From contig REDM01000202.1 in the NCBI GenBank assembly GCA_007693485.1, positions 16,141 through 80,140 on the forward strand: DNA of 64,000 nt, written 5' to 3'. Position numbers and translations under genes: made by a program. Shown piece by piece: positions 35,839 to 45,500 of this stretch. The notes below the pieces were generated by a model, which was not told the origin of the DNA, ran no database searches, and worked only from the letters and a program-made list of their open reading frames with translations. This DNA is from Spirochaetaceae bacterium (lineage in GTDB: Bacteria; Spirochaetota; Spirochaetia; DSM-27196; PWMO01). Each line of letters starts with the position of its first letter. Within the stretch, counting starts at the first letter, position 1.

Positions 35839-36783
35839 TCAGCGATCGGTCAGGATCTGGGCGCGCATGGTGAGAAACTTCGCCAGAGCCTCGGCGTACG
35901 TATCGTGAAAAGTGTAGGTGAAGAGGTTATCTTCAACCAGATGTCCGCTGCCCGAATCAAACAGGCCAATAGGGTTGCGGACGGCGCCGAGAATCTCAGT
36001 CGAAGAGATCCCGTGCTCTTTGAGGAAACAGCAGAACGAAACCTGATCCAGCGGCAGCGGAGACGCTTCTGTATCGTAGAGATACCCGAGCCCGTCAAGG
36101 ATCTGCTCGAAGGGGCTTTTTGAGTAGTGAAACGCACGCCCCGCGTGAAGATGGGCGCTGATGAGACCTTCGGCAATGAGGTTCTGCCGCATCCGCTCAA
36201 CCAGATCGCCGAAGTAGGCGTAGCTGGTGCGGGTGCGAAAGACCATGACCGCGATGTCGGTGCTGCGACTGTTCTTGTGCAGTAGTGCGGGGATATCGTA
36301 GTTGATGACGAAGCGGTCGCCGATGCGCTTGATGCTCTGCCCATCGACAAACAGCAGGTCCTTTTCGTCAACCCACGAATCAAAGAGTTCTTCGGGACCG
36401 AGATTCAGCGCTTTGAGCGCCTCAAACGATCCCACCACCGGCGCCGACTCAAACGGAACCTCGAACTTCCGCTCGAACTGTTCGCGCATGAAGCGCGTGC
36501 ACGCTGCCTTTCCGAGCACGGCGAAGTGGAGCTTGGAAGCGTAATGATGCTCAACGATGTAGTTGGAAACGATGAACTCGCCGGGTATGTTTGCAAGGTA
36601 GACAAGCTGGATGTCGACGCGGTACTCGGGGCAGCGCTCAATGACCTTCAGGATGGTGCTCTCTCCCAGCACCCCGTTGGTCTCGGGGCGCATGTAGACA
36701 AAGATGTCCTGAATGTTGGGAGTAAAATCCGGTCCGGCGTACGGAATCAGTACCGCCGGTCGGTGCTGCTGCTCTGCCTCCAT
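35839..36783 (-). CDS. Hypothetical protein, possibly a divergent nucleoside-diphosphate-kinase-like fold with an insertion
   Basis: 314 aa. FVYMRPETNGVLGESTILKVIER, YIVEHH and GRAFHYSKSPFE resemble the NDK motifs F.IKPDGV..G.II.RFE, FY.EH and N..HGSDS.E. This is my own pattern reading with no search, so the family call is weak, although the ORF looks coding. Confidence 0.6.
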   Translation of the reverse strand: MEAEQQHRPAVLIPYAGPDFTPNIQDIFVYMRPETNGVLGESTILKVIERCPEYRVDIQLVYLANIPGEFIVSNYIVEHHYASKLHFAVLGKAACTRFMREQFERKFEVPFESAPVVGSFEALKALNLGPEELFDSWVDEKDLLFVDGQSIKRIGDRFVINYDIPALLHKNSRSTDIAVMVFRTRTSYAYFGDLVERMRQNLIAEGLISAHLHAGRAFHYSKSPFEQILDGLGYLYDTEASPLPLDQVSFCCFLKEHGISSTEILGAVRNPIGLFDSGSGHLVEDNLFTYTFHDTYAEALAKFLTMRAQILTDR

Positions 36784-36828
36784 GGTTTCCCGGAAGGCGC
36801 CGTGCTTACCAACGAGCCCTCAATCTCA

Positions 36829-38547
36829 TTATACTCCCTGAATGGTGTCGAGATCAATCTCACCGGCGCATACCGGCACCTGAATACCAAACTTCTCGAG
36901 CGTCTCGGGATGGACCTCGCCAAACCAGCCGGCGACCTTCCCGTCGACCACGATCTCCGCGCAACGCCCCGGGATGAAGCGCGCGTCGCCGGATTCACGC
37001 AGGGTGTAATCGCGACCAAGATAGTAGAACAGCGCCGAGATGTGAGAGTTGATGAGGGTAAAGCCGGCTTCTGCGTCGGCGCCGAGCATTCCAAGGCTGT
37101 TTCGGGTCAACGAACCGTAGTTGTCGGACGCATCACGACGCACCACCTTGCCCACTTCGAAGACCAGATGGGGATAGACCGCGTTCGCCGAACCCGACTC
37201 GGCGATGAGAAGATGAGGCAGAATCGATGCGCGGACAAACTCGAAGTTCTCCGACATCGGGTTAGCTACCTGGACGTGCGCCGCGTGCTGTGCATCCCAC
37301 GCGGACTCCGGGTAGACCCGCTCGATGAAATCGCGCCGCGAGCCCAGATAGTTGAAGATCATCTCCTGATACCCCAACCCCACGAGGATCGACTTGACGC
37401 GACGACCGAAGAGCTCGGCGGGCGCCAGTCGTCCCACGGTGAAATCCGACGGCACTTCCGGCGGAAAGCTCTCCATGCCGAGTCCGATCATGGCGTCCTC
37501 CACCACGTCAACCGGATGGAGAAAGTCGTTTCGATAGGGCGGCGGTTCGATGGTCACGTCCGTCCCGGTGATCGTTGTGGTAACTCCCATACGACGCAAC
37601 CCCACGGCGAGCTCGTCACCGGCGATGGCGCGACCGAGAAGCTTCTCGATATAGGGCACCGTTGTGCTGACCGGCGTCTGGAAGTAGCAGGGGGTTACCA
37701 CTTCCCTGCCCAGCGACGTGTCGTAGGGATACTCGATCGTGACCGGCAGGATGGTGTACCCGGCATCCGCGAGGTCGCAAGCGACAATGGAGCAGGCGTG
37801 CAGGAGCGACGGCATGTCGGTACCCGTCATCTCAATGAACAGATTCGAGTCCCCCACTTCCACGGCGCCAATCCGTGCGCTGTTGATGATGGGAGGAAAA
37901 CTGAGCACGTCACCGCGGTCGTCCGTCAGCAGAGGAAACACGGGTGCATCGGCCACGATGTGGCCGAACTCCTGCCCTTTGGGGTGCTTCGACAGCATGT
38001 CCCGCATCGAGAGTTCTTCGGTCAAACCCAGCGGAACAAAGCGGGTGGCATCGGGATCGGCGGCGACGTAGCGCACCGGATACTTCATGAGATCAGAACG
38101 ATAGACGCCCATGGCGATGGAGCGGCGCTTTCGACCGTAGTTCCAGCAGAGCTTCTCCTGCGTCTGGATGAGATCGTTGAGCAGCGCCTCGTCAATGGCA
38201 GTCCCGGTAACGGCGAAGGCCGCGATGAAGGGTCGGACCTCTTGAAGCCCCGCGTCTACGATGACGCGTCGCGTTCCGGTGTCGACCGCTTCGCCCGGTC
38301 GAGAGACAAACCCGTAGTCGGGCATCGGGGCACCCCGATGGAGCCGCAGCTGTCGGGCGAGCCCGGCGGTGGACCAGAGATCCGGCCGGTTGGTGTCGTT
38401 GAGCTCGATCTTGACGATCCCTTCTTCGTTGACCGGCTCGTCCAGTTCCGCCTTGGCAACGGTGAGCAGCTTCTCCAACTCAACGTCGTCCATGCGGGCT
38501 TGCAGGTAGGAGAACAGTGCCTCCTGGGAGAGTTCAATCTTCGGCAT
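36829..38547 (-). CDS. pheT: Phenylalanine--tRNA ligase beta subunit, archaeal/eukaryal type
   Basis: 572 aa from MPKIELSQEALFSYL (ATG 38547, 2 nt after the pheS stop). Length and B3/4-B5 layout match the short archaeal-type beta subunit, not the ~800-aa bacterial one. The track ORF start 38658 is an upstream extension. Confidence 0.9.
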   Translation of the reverse strand: MPKIELSQEALFSYLQARMDDVELEKLLTVAKAELDEPVNEEGIVKIELNDTNRPDLWSTAGLARQLRLHRGAPMPDYGFVSRPGEAVDTGTRRVIVDAGLQEVRPFIAAFAVTGTAIDEALLNDLIQTQEKLCWNYGRKRRSIAMGVYRSDLMKYPVRYVAADPDATRFVPLGLTEELSMRDMLSKHPKGQEFGHIVADAPVFPLLTDDRGDVLSFPPIINSARIGAVEVGDSNLFIEMTGTDMPSLLHACSIVACDLADAGYTILPVTIEYPYDTSLGREVVTPCYFQTPVSTTVPYIEKLLGRAIAGDELAVGLRRMGVTTTITGTDVTIEPPPYRNDFLHPVDVVEDAMIGLGMESFPPEVPSDFTVGRLAPAELFGRRVKSILVGLGYQEMIFNYLGSRRDFIERVYPESAWDAQHAAHVQVANPMSENFEFVRASILPHLLIAESGSANAVYPHLVFEVGKVVRRDASDNYGSLTRNSLGMLGADAEAGFTLINSHISALFYYLGRDYTLRESGDARFIPGRCAEIVVDGKVAGWFGEVHPETLEKFGIQVPVCAGEIDLDTIQGV

Positions 38548-38549
38548 GG

Positions 38550-40097
38550 TCAGTTCCCCCGTCGCAGTCGCACGTTTTCGATGTTGGTGGAGAAAAGCTC
38601 GCGCAGATCGTCCAGCCCCAGATTCATCAACGCCATTCGGTCGATCCCGAGCCCCCACGCGAGCACCGGCACCTTGATGCCGAGCGGCTCGGTCACCTCG
38701 GGGCGGAAGATGCCCGATCCTCCAAGCTCAAACCAGCCGAGAACCGGGTGCTTGATGTGCACCTCTACCGACGGTTCGGTAAACGGGAAGTAACCGGGAA
38801 CGTACTTCACCTCGGTAGCTCCAGCGAGTTCCTCGGCAAACATCTGCAGAAATCCGAGCAGGGTGCGCAGATTCACCGACTCACCGAGCACGATGCCCTC
38901 GGTCTGGTAGAAGTCCGAGAGGTGGGTTGCGTCGACCTGGTCGTAGCGAAAACAGCGAAGCGTTCCAAAGTACTTACCGGGGATCGACGCCTTCGGCAGG
39001 GTTTTCGCCGACATGACGGTTCCCTGGCTCCGCAGAATGAGCCGCCGGGTGAAGTCGCGGTCGAAGCCGTAGTTCCACCCCGCACTGCCGGTTTTCCAGC
39101 CGTCTTCGTGGGTCGCGGCGACCTGGCTGAGATAGGGCTCTTCGATCTCGCGGGCGTGCGCGGGTTCCTTGACGTAGTAGACGTCGTGAATGTCGCGGGC
39201 CGAGTGAAACTGCGGCATGAAGAGGGCGTCGGAGTTCCAGAACTCGGTCTCAACGATCGGACCGTCAAACTCTTCGAAGCCGAGTGAGACCAGCTTGTCC
39301 TTGACGCGGTCCAGATACTCACAGTAGGGATTGCGCCGCCCGGGCACCAGCCGCGAGGGAGGAATGTTGATGTTATAGGCACGAAACTGAGCGCCTCGCC
39401 AGCTGCCGTCTTTCAGCATCCGCGAGGTGAGCGCACCGACTTCCTCACCGGTGACGCCGGCGGTCTTCAGGCTTTCCTGCGCGTCTATTCCGGCATCGGT
39501 CAGGCGGTAGGTAACCTCGTCGCGCTCGACAAGCCGGAAGGGTGAGCCCGCGCTGCCACGCTTCTTGCTGATGCCGGCCATCGCTTCGTTCTGCACGGCC
39601 GAAAGTCGATCGGCTGCCAGCTCCTTGCCGCCACGCGCCTCGTCCAGCAGGCCCCGCACCTCGCGCATGCGCTCGCTTGGCGTGCCCGACGCAACGGTCA
39701 CCCGCTTCTCGGCGTCCATCGCCAGCACACCTTCCTTGGACAGACTGCCAAACGCCGATCCGACGTCGCGGTTTTCCAGGCCAAGCGCCGACGCGATCTC
39801 CGGCAGGGTGGCGGAGCCGTGCTCCTGAACGAAGGCGAGAATTCGCTCGTCGGGGGTGCCGTTCTGCGCGAACTCCTCGCCCAGCGGAGTAATTTCGTAC
39901 ACCGTTCGATGCACGCGTTCGTGTTCAACCAGAAACTCCTTCGCGGTCAGCCAGCTGACGGCCTGGTTGCACTGTCCGAGGTTGAATCGCAGATCTTCCT
40001 GGATCCTTGCGGTGTCGATGAGGTCGTTACTGCCGTAACGCAGAAGAACCTTCACTTCGAGCGGGTGAAGGCTCTTGAGAATGTCATTGGCGCTCAT
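38550..40097 (-). CDS. pheS: Phenylalanine--tRNA ligase alpha subunit, archaeal/eukaryal type (long N-terminal winged-helix region)
   Basis: 515 aa from MSANDILKSL (ATG 40097). Class II core motifs (FRPEVTEPLG..., GLGIDRMALM). The track ORF (to 40292) reads through the tRNA gene and is an artefact. Confidence 0.9.
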   Translation of the reverse strand: MSANDILKSLHPLEVKVLLRYGSNDLIDTARIQEDLRFNLGQCNQAVSWLTAKEFLVEHERVHRTVYEITPLGEEFAQNGTPDERILAFVQEHGSATLPEIASALGLENRDVGSAFGSLSKEGVLAMDAEKRVTVASGTPSERMREVRGLLDEARGGKELAADRLSAVQNEAMAGISKKRGSAGSPFRLVERDEVTYRLTDAGIDAQESLKTAGVTGEEVGALTSRMLKDGSWRGAQFRAYNINIPPSRLVPGRRNPYCEYLDRVKDKLVSLGFEEFDGPIVETEFWNSDALFMPQFHSARDIHDVYYVKEPAHAREIEEPYLSQVAATHEDGWKTGSAGWNYGFDRDFTRRLILRSQGTVMSAKTLPKASIPGKYFGTLRCFRYDQVDATHLSDFYQTEGIVLGESVNLRTLLGFLQMFAEELAGATEVKYVPGYFPFTEPSVEVHIKHPVLGWFELGGSGIFRPEVTEPLGIKVPVLAWGLGIDRMALMNLGLDDLRELFSTNIENVRLRRGN

Positions 40098-40128
40098 GGG
40101 TTGTGCTCCTGCGGGTTGTTGCGGCGGA

Positions 40129-40201
40129 TGGAGGATAGGGGAGTTGAACCCCTGACCTATTGATTGCGAACCAATCGCTCTACCAACTGAGCTAATCCCC
40201 C
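40129..40201 (-). tRNA. tRNA-Ala (anticodon CGC)
   Basis: Minus strand GGGGGATTAGCTCAGTTGGTAGAGCGATTGGTTCGCAATCAATAGGTCAGGGGTTCAACTCCCCTATCCTCCA folds as a 73-nt cloverleaf. 7-bp acceptor stem with the G3:U70 alanine identity pair, D-loop AGTTGGTA, anticodon loop TTCGCAA, T-loop TTCAACT, A73. CCA is not encoded. Confidence 0.9.
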
Positions 40202-40333
40202 GGAAAACAGCGGCAGTATAGCCGGTTCCCGGGAGAAATTCCAGTCCTTTTCGCATCGAAAGTCGGCTGCGACCAGATGGGGGAGCGGGCAATCGTAGTG
40301 AATACAGCCGCCGTTCGTGCTACACTTAATGGA

Positions 40334-40693
40334 ATGAAGCTCTTTCTGCGCCTCGTTCTCATCATCTCCGCACTCTTGATCGCCGCCTGCGCCACGGCGC
40401 CGGACTCCGGAGAGTCCATCCAGCCACTCACTCTGGATACCGGGTTCCCCTACCGTCCTTCTCCCGAGGCGGTCTACGGAGAGCTTCCCGAACCCTTCGT
40501 ACGGCTCGTCGACCTGAGTCGGCTTCGGGTTGGCATGACCAAGGCCGAAGTTCTGGCGATCTTTCCCGACCCTCGAACCATCAACGTGTCGCCGCGTGGT
40601 CTGGAGGTGTGGGAGTACGGGTTCGCGCAGCTTCACTTCCGAAACGGTCAGCTCGCGAACTGGTTCGAGATCGGCCGACCGAGGGGATTGTAG
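40334..40693 (+). CDS. SmpA/OmlA (BamE-like) lipoprotein
   Basis: MKLFLRLVLIISALLIAAC lipobox, and GMTKAEVLAIFPDP resembles the BamE/SmpA core. Start moved from 40277 to ATG 40334. Confidence 0.6.
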   Translation: MKLFLRLVLIISALLIAACATAPDSGESIQPLTLDTGFPYRPSPEAVYGELPEPFVRLVDLSRLRVGMTKAEVLAIFPDPRTINVSPRGLEVWEYGFAQLHFRNGQLANWFEIGRPRGL

Positions 40694-40746
40694 GCACAGC
40701 GGAAGACGCAGGGAGCACGCGGCGCGCGCCTCCGCACCGACACCCA

Positions 40747-41664
40747 TCAGAGTTCGAGTTCGAGTCCCTCACGTGCGGCGTCGATCTGCAGCCGGCTCCG
40801 CCCGGCGATGCCACGCCGATACCCGTTAACCAGCCGCGACAGTTGCTCGTCGGTTCTCGCCGGATCATGGTGGAAGAAATAGAGTCGCTTCACATCGTTG
40901 TTGTGGCACGCCTTGATTGCGTACTCGTAGCTGGAGTGCCCCCATCCCACCTTTGACGCGCGATACTCCTCCTCGGTGTACTGCGTGTCGTAGACCACGG
41001 CATCCGCCCCGTGAATGAAGCGGAACAGCTTCTGGTTCTCCTCGTGGGCGGCTGCGCGGCCGTCCTCCGCGGCAAACTCGTCGTAATCGGGATCTTCGGG
41101 GTCTTCGGGGAATACGTTCCGAAACGGTTCGGTGTCGTAACAGGTGCAGAAACTCTTCCCCTCGCACTCAAACCGGTAGCCGAGGCAGAGCACCGGATGA
41201 TTCAGAAACTTGGTGGTGACCCTCATCCCTTCTTCGAGCTCGATGGTTTCTTCTTTGAGTTCGTGGTAGGTAATCCGCGCGGCCAGCTCACTCTGGCGGA
41301 TAGGGAAGAAGCGGTAGCTGAGCTGAAACCCAAAGACGCTCTCCAGTCCCTCGTCTTCGTAACTTACCGCGCTGTAGATGTCCAGCTCCGTACCCGGAAT
41401 GAAAATAGGGGTGAAGAACGGAAACCCCATGATGTGGTCCCAGTGAGTGTGCGAAAGAAAGATGCGGGTTTTGATGGGGCCGTTTTTCAGCTCGGTTCGG
41501 GCGATGTGATCGCCGAGCGGCTTGATTCCCGTCCCGGCATCCACGATGATGCGCTGATTGTCACCGTACCGGATTTCGATGCAGGCGGTGTTTCCACCGT
41601 AGTGAACGGTATTCGGGCCTGGCGTCGGGATGGAACCCCGTGCGCCCCAGAAGCGGACCGTCAC
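40747..41664 (-). CDS. MBL-fold metallo-hydrolase (PhnP/class II phosphodiesterase-like)
   Basis: 305 aa: MTVRFWGARGSIPTPG...GGNTACIEI...DAGTG..., the metal motif HTHWDH and distal His/Asp residues (LNHP, YDT, FFHHDP). ATGA overlap with the HDOD gene. Confidence 0.85.
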   Translation of the reverse strand: MTVRFWGARGSIPTPGPNTVHYGGNTACIEIRYGDNQRIIVDAGTGIKPLGDHIARTELKNGPIKTRIFLSHTHWDHIMGFPFFTPIFIPGTELDIYSAVSYEDEGLESVFGFQLSYRFFPIRQSELAARITYHELKEETIELEEGMRVTTKFLNHPVLCLGYRFECEGKSFCTCYDTEPFRNVFPEDPEDPDYDEFAAEDGRAAAHEENQKLFRFIHGADAVVYDTQYTEEEYRASKVGWGHSSYEYAIKACHNNDVKRLYFFHHDPARTDEQLSRLVNGYRRGIAGRSRLQIDAAREGLELEL

Positions 41665-42545
41665 GCCCCGCCCCGCTCGTCGACGACCTTCAGAAAGACC
41701 TCCGCTTTGGCGATCTCGGTATCGACCGCGGTCTCCAGCTCGTCGAGGAGACTCAGCCCGATACCGAGCCGCTGATAGACTTCCTGCGACGGAGTACCGG
41801 GGAATCGGTCGCCGGCGAAGCCCACCTCAGCCAGGTTCATGAAGTAGTTTGCCACGTGCACCGTAGCCACGAGGTCGCGGTGCTCGCCTTCGTATCCACC
41901 GACATTGTGGTGAGCGGATACCGCGTCGATCACCGCGCCTCCGATATTCCACGCGGTGCCGATCTGTCGCCCCACGTCGGTATGGTCAAAACCCAGCTCC
42001 CGTCGTTCGGCATCCGCCAGGGAGATGCGCTCGCGGTCGGCACGGCTCAAGACCGCGAGATACCGCTCCTTGAAGACGTTGTTCATCGGGATCTTTCCGA
42101 TGTCGTGCAGCAATCCCGCGATGAAGTATTCCTCGATCAGCCGCGGATCAACGGATCGCTTCCGGGCAATGAGCTTCGCCGTGACACCCACACCCAGGCT
42201 GTGACGCCAGAAGCCCTGCATGTTCAGCGGAGACGCCGGCTCACCCTTCCCAATCGCCCCAACCACGGCAGTGCTGAGCGCGAGATTCTTCACGGTGTTG
42301 ATCCCGAGCATGATGATGGCGCGGGATAAGGAGGTAACCTTGTCTCCCAGACCGTAGTAGGCGGAGTTGATCAGCTTCATGACCCGCGCCATGAGCACCG
42401 GATCCACGCTGATTACCTTGTTCAAGTCAACCGGCGACGTACCCGGCTGATTGCAGATTTCGATCACCTTCGTCACGGTGACGGGAAGTGCGGGCATCTT
42501 TCCGATATAGGTTTGGACGCGCAACAGATCCTGCGACTCGCTCAT
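41661..42545 (-). CDS. HDOD domain signalling protein
   Basis: 294 aa: LPALPVTVTKVIEICNQPGTSPVDLNKVISVDPVLMARVMKLINSAYYGL and LLHDIGK, the classic HDOD signature. ATGA overlaps on both sides. Confidence 0.88.
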   Translation of the reverse strand: MSESQDLLRVQTYIGKMPALPVTVTKVIEICNQPGTSPVDLNKVISVDPVLMARVMKLINSAYYGLGDKVTSLSRAIIMLGINTVKNLALSTAVVGAIGKGEPASPLNMQGFWRHSLGVGVTAKLIARKRSVDPRLIEEYFIAGLLHDIGKIPMNNVFKERYLAVLSRADRERISLADAERRELGFDHTDVGRQIGTAWNIGGAVIDAVSAHHNVGGYEGEHRDLVATVHVANYFMNLAEVGFAGDRFPGTPSQEVYQRLGIGLSLLDELETAVDTEIAKAEVFLKVVDERGGA

Positions 42546-45500
42546 TGCGATTCCTTCTTCGCGGTTTTAAAATCCTGCAACTTCTGCACAATGCCGTCAA
42601 GTCGACTGTTGAGCACGCTGCTGATGGACGGATCGGGAAGGAATCCAGACATCGACTGCACAAACCGCATGGCATCCGCCACCCGTTTTGCGGTGATGTG
42701 GGCTTCCTGCTCCCGATCGCGGATCGGTGCATAGCGCTCGAGGTCGCGCTTCAATCCCCGTCGACCGAGGAGCCGGTTTCGCAGCGATTCGATCTTGAGC
42801 CGCATCTCGCTGTGCAGAAACTCGCCGCGCTTCTCTTCGGGAAGCGCCTTCGCCATGCCCACCAGATAGTCGAGCAGCCGCACCCGCGGATCGATATTCT
42901 CGGGTCGCGGGCGGGGTTGCGGCACCCGGTCCGTAGCACGGCGCTGCGGTACCCCCCCGGGAAACATTGCCCCCGCGGGAACCGCGCCGGCGTCGCGCGG
43001 AGTCTCCGACTCCTCCTCCGGTCCCGCAGGCGTCGGGGCCGCGTCGTCGCCGGCTTCGGCGTCGAGCGATGGTTTGGGGACCGGCTCGTCGGCCGTTTCT
43101 TCCAGACCATATTCTTCCTGTTCATCACCGGCAATCGCTCGCAACGCCTCGGCGGCGCGCATCAGTCGAGAGAGCCCTGGATGCTCGTCACCGAGGTCAT
43201 CTCCCTTCATCGCGTCAACGGTATCGATATCGGGCTCGGGATCGGACTCGGTATCGGCGTCGACCCACGGTGGGGCCGCCCACGTGGTGTGCTCGTCGGG
43301 AACCCCAGCCGGCGGGCCGGGGACAGGATCAGCGGGAGACGGCTCCCGGGAGGGCCCGATGGGCGTTTCGATGGTCTGATCACCGCGGGCGGCGAATGAC
43401 CCGTCGGCGGCCACGGTTGGCGTCGCAGGGGTATCGTCGAGGTCCTCGAGTTCGTCGATTTCTTCGCCGAGTTCCTCCTCGAGTTCATGTTCAAGCCCCC
43501 CGGCAGTATCCTCGTCGGTGATCCCTGAGTAGGGGGTCGCGTAGTGCGGGTAGAATCCGCCCGACGATAGATCATCGCGGTCATCATGCTCGGGCACCCC
43601 GGACGTGCTCTCGGAGCCAGCTACCGCATCGCCGCCTGCTCCGCCGCGTTCGGGGCCGCTGCCGGGCCCGCCGGACGGTGCCGGCGGCCATCCCCCGGGT
43701 GCACCACCGCCTGGTGGGAAACCACCTCCCGGTGAAGGCTGCTGAGGTTCGGGCTCGGGACGCGGAGGCGGCTCGTGAATCTCTTCGGTGGTCTTGCGGA
43801 TGATCCGGTGATGGATCTCTTCGTCTTCCTGCTCGGCAAGACGGCGAAACCCTTGCGCTTCTACCTCGCTCAGGTCGAGGAGGGAACGGCCGGGTCCCTC
43901 GGGGCGTTCCGGCCGCTGCGGCTCTTCGACCTCTTCCTGAAGGTCTGACAGGCGAAGCGGCTTCTCGTCTTCATCCGCAAAGAACTCCTGGCCCCATGAG
44001 CCGAGGATGGGAATTGACTCCGCGTCGATCTCGCCAACTTCTTCAACCTCGAGGGACTCGGCCTCTACGGCGGAAATGTCCCGGGATGCCTCGTCCATGA
44101 GAACGGCGAGCCGCTGAAGGTTTTCTTCCCAGGTATCGTTGCGAAGATCATCCACCGTCGATTCGTAGAGCTCAAGGCTTCGGCTGATCGCCTCAAGGTC
44201 TTCGACCGATGCGCGGTTGCCCTGCAGGCTGATCAGCCGATCCGTTGTCTCGAGGGCCGCTTCGACGCTGCCGAGTTCCTGCTGGGCGCGTGCCATCAGC
44301 GAGATGACACGGCTGTCGTCGGGCAAGCGCTCCCGAAGCTCTCGCAACAGCTCCAGCGCCTCTTCGGCCCGCTCCATGGCGAGCAACGACTCCGCACGAA
44401 GCAGCAGTCCGGCACGGTCCTCGGGGTGTGTCGCGAGATACGCGTCGATGCGCGACAGCGCGGCCTCGGGCTCTCCGGCCTCAGCGTACAGGCACGCCTC
44501 ATCAACACGAAAATCGTCATTCTCCGGGTCGATGTCCGGAATCCGGGCGAAGCACTCATCGGCGGCGTCGCGACGGCCAAGCCGGAAGTAGACCGTTCCG
44601 AGCAGTCTCAGGGCTTCCACGTTGCCGGGCGTCATGCCCAGGACCTCTTCCAGCTGCGTCTCCGCATCGGTGAGGCGATCAACCTCCATACACGCGCCGG
44701 CAAACAGCAACCGAAGATTCGCGTCGTCGGAATTGCGCTGTACCAGCTCGCCAAGTTCATCGACCGAGTCGGGCAAGGAGGAGTGGGCCCTCAGGAGATG
44801 GGCGAGGTTTTTGACCGCACGGTGATAGGACGGGTCGATCTTCAGTGCACTCTGATAGTGGGCGCGGGCGGCTTCCAGTCGCCCAAGTTGGGCTTCAATG
44901 GTTGCGAGGTTGTTATGGGCGAGAGCACTCTGGTCGGTGATTTTCAGCAGTTCGCGAAAGACTCTCGCGGCCTCGTCGAGTTCGCCGCGCCGTTGCAGAA
45001 TTACACCCAGGTTGTTGAGGGCATCCACCCAACCGGGACGGGAGTTCAGTGCCTTGCGGTACTCGTCAATCGCGGCGTCCTGCTGGGAGTCCTGCTCGTA
45101 TGCTACCCCGAGGTTGTAATGAAGGCCGGGATGGTTGGGGTCATGAACCAGACCCTGCCGGAAGACCGAGATTGCCTCGTGCAGCCGCCCCTGTGACTGG
45201 AGCATCGTGCCGAGATTGTTCCACGCAACCGAGAGCTCGGGATCATGCTGCGCAGCGGCCCGATACGCCTGCTCGGCCGCTGCGGCGTCACCGCTCTGCT
45301 TGTACACGTTTCCGAGGTTGTAGTGGATGGCCGCATCGTTGGGATCAACCTTCAGCGCTGCACGAAAGGCCGAGAGTGCCTCCGTGGTGCGCCCGAGCTG
45401 CCGGCAGACGACACCGAGTCCGTTCAGCGCCTCGAGGTTCTCGGGATTCTTCTCGATCGCGGTCCGAAAGGCTGCTATCGCGTCTCCCGCCCGTCCGGTA

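Noticed and set aside
36797-36811. GG-N10-GC match (TGGTAAGCACGGCGC) upstream of the 314-aa ORF, considered as a sigma54 promoter.
   Set aside because: Only the minimal dinucleotides match. The -12 element is GCGCC rather than TTGCW. Such matches are expected by chance in GC-rich DNA. I found no convincing TGGCAC-N5-TTGCW site in any intergenic region of the window.
40098-40292. N-terminal 65-aa extension of the pheS ORF in the track (start 40292).
   Set aside because: The extension reads straight through the tRNA-Ala gene (40129-40201). The conserved protein begins at MSANDILKSL (ATG 40097).
42967-43900. Cluster of overlapping ORFs on both strands in the 43.0-43.9 kb region, considered as a possible hidden gene or mobile fragment.
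   Set aside because: All fall within the acidic/proline-rich disordered segment of the 1034-aa TPR protein. That ORF is continuous and flanked by coupled genes, and its low-complexity GC-rich codons keep other frames open.
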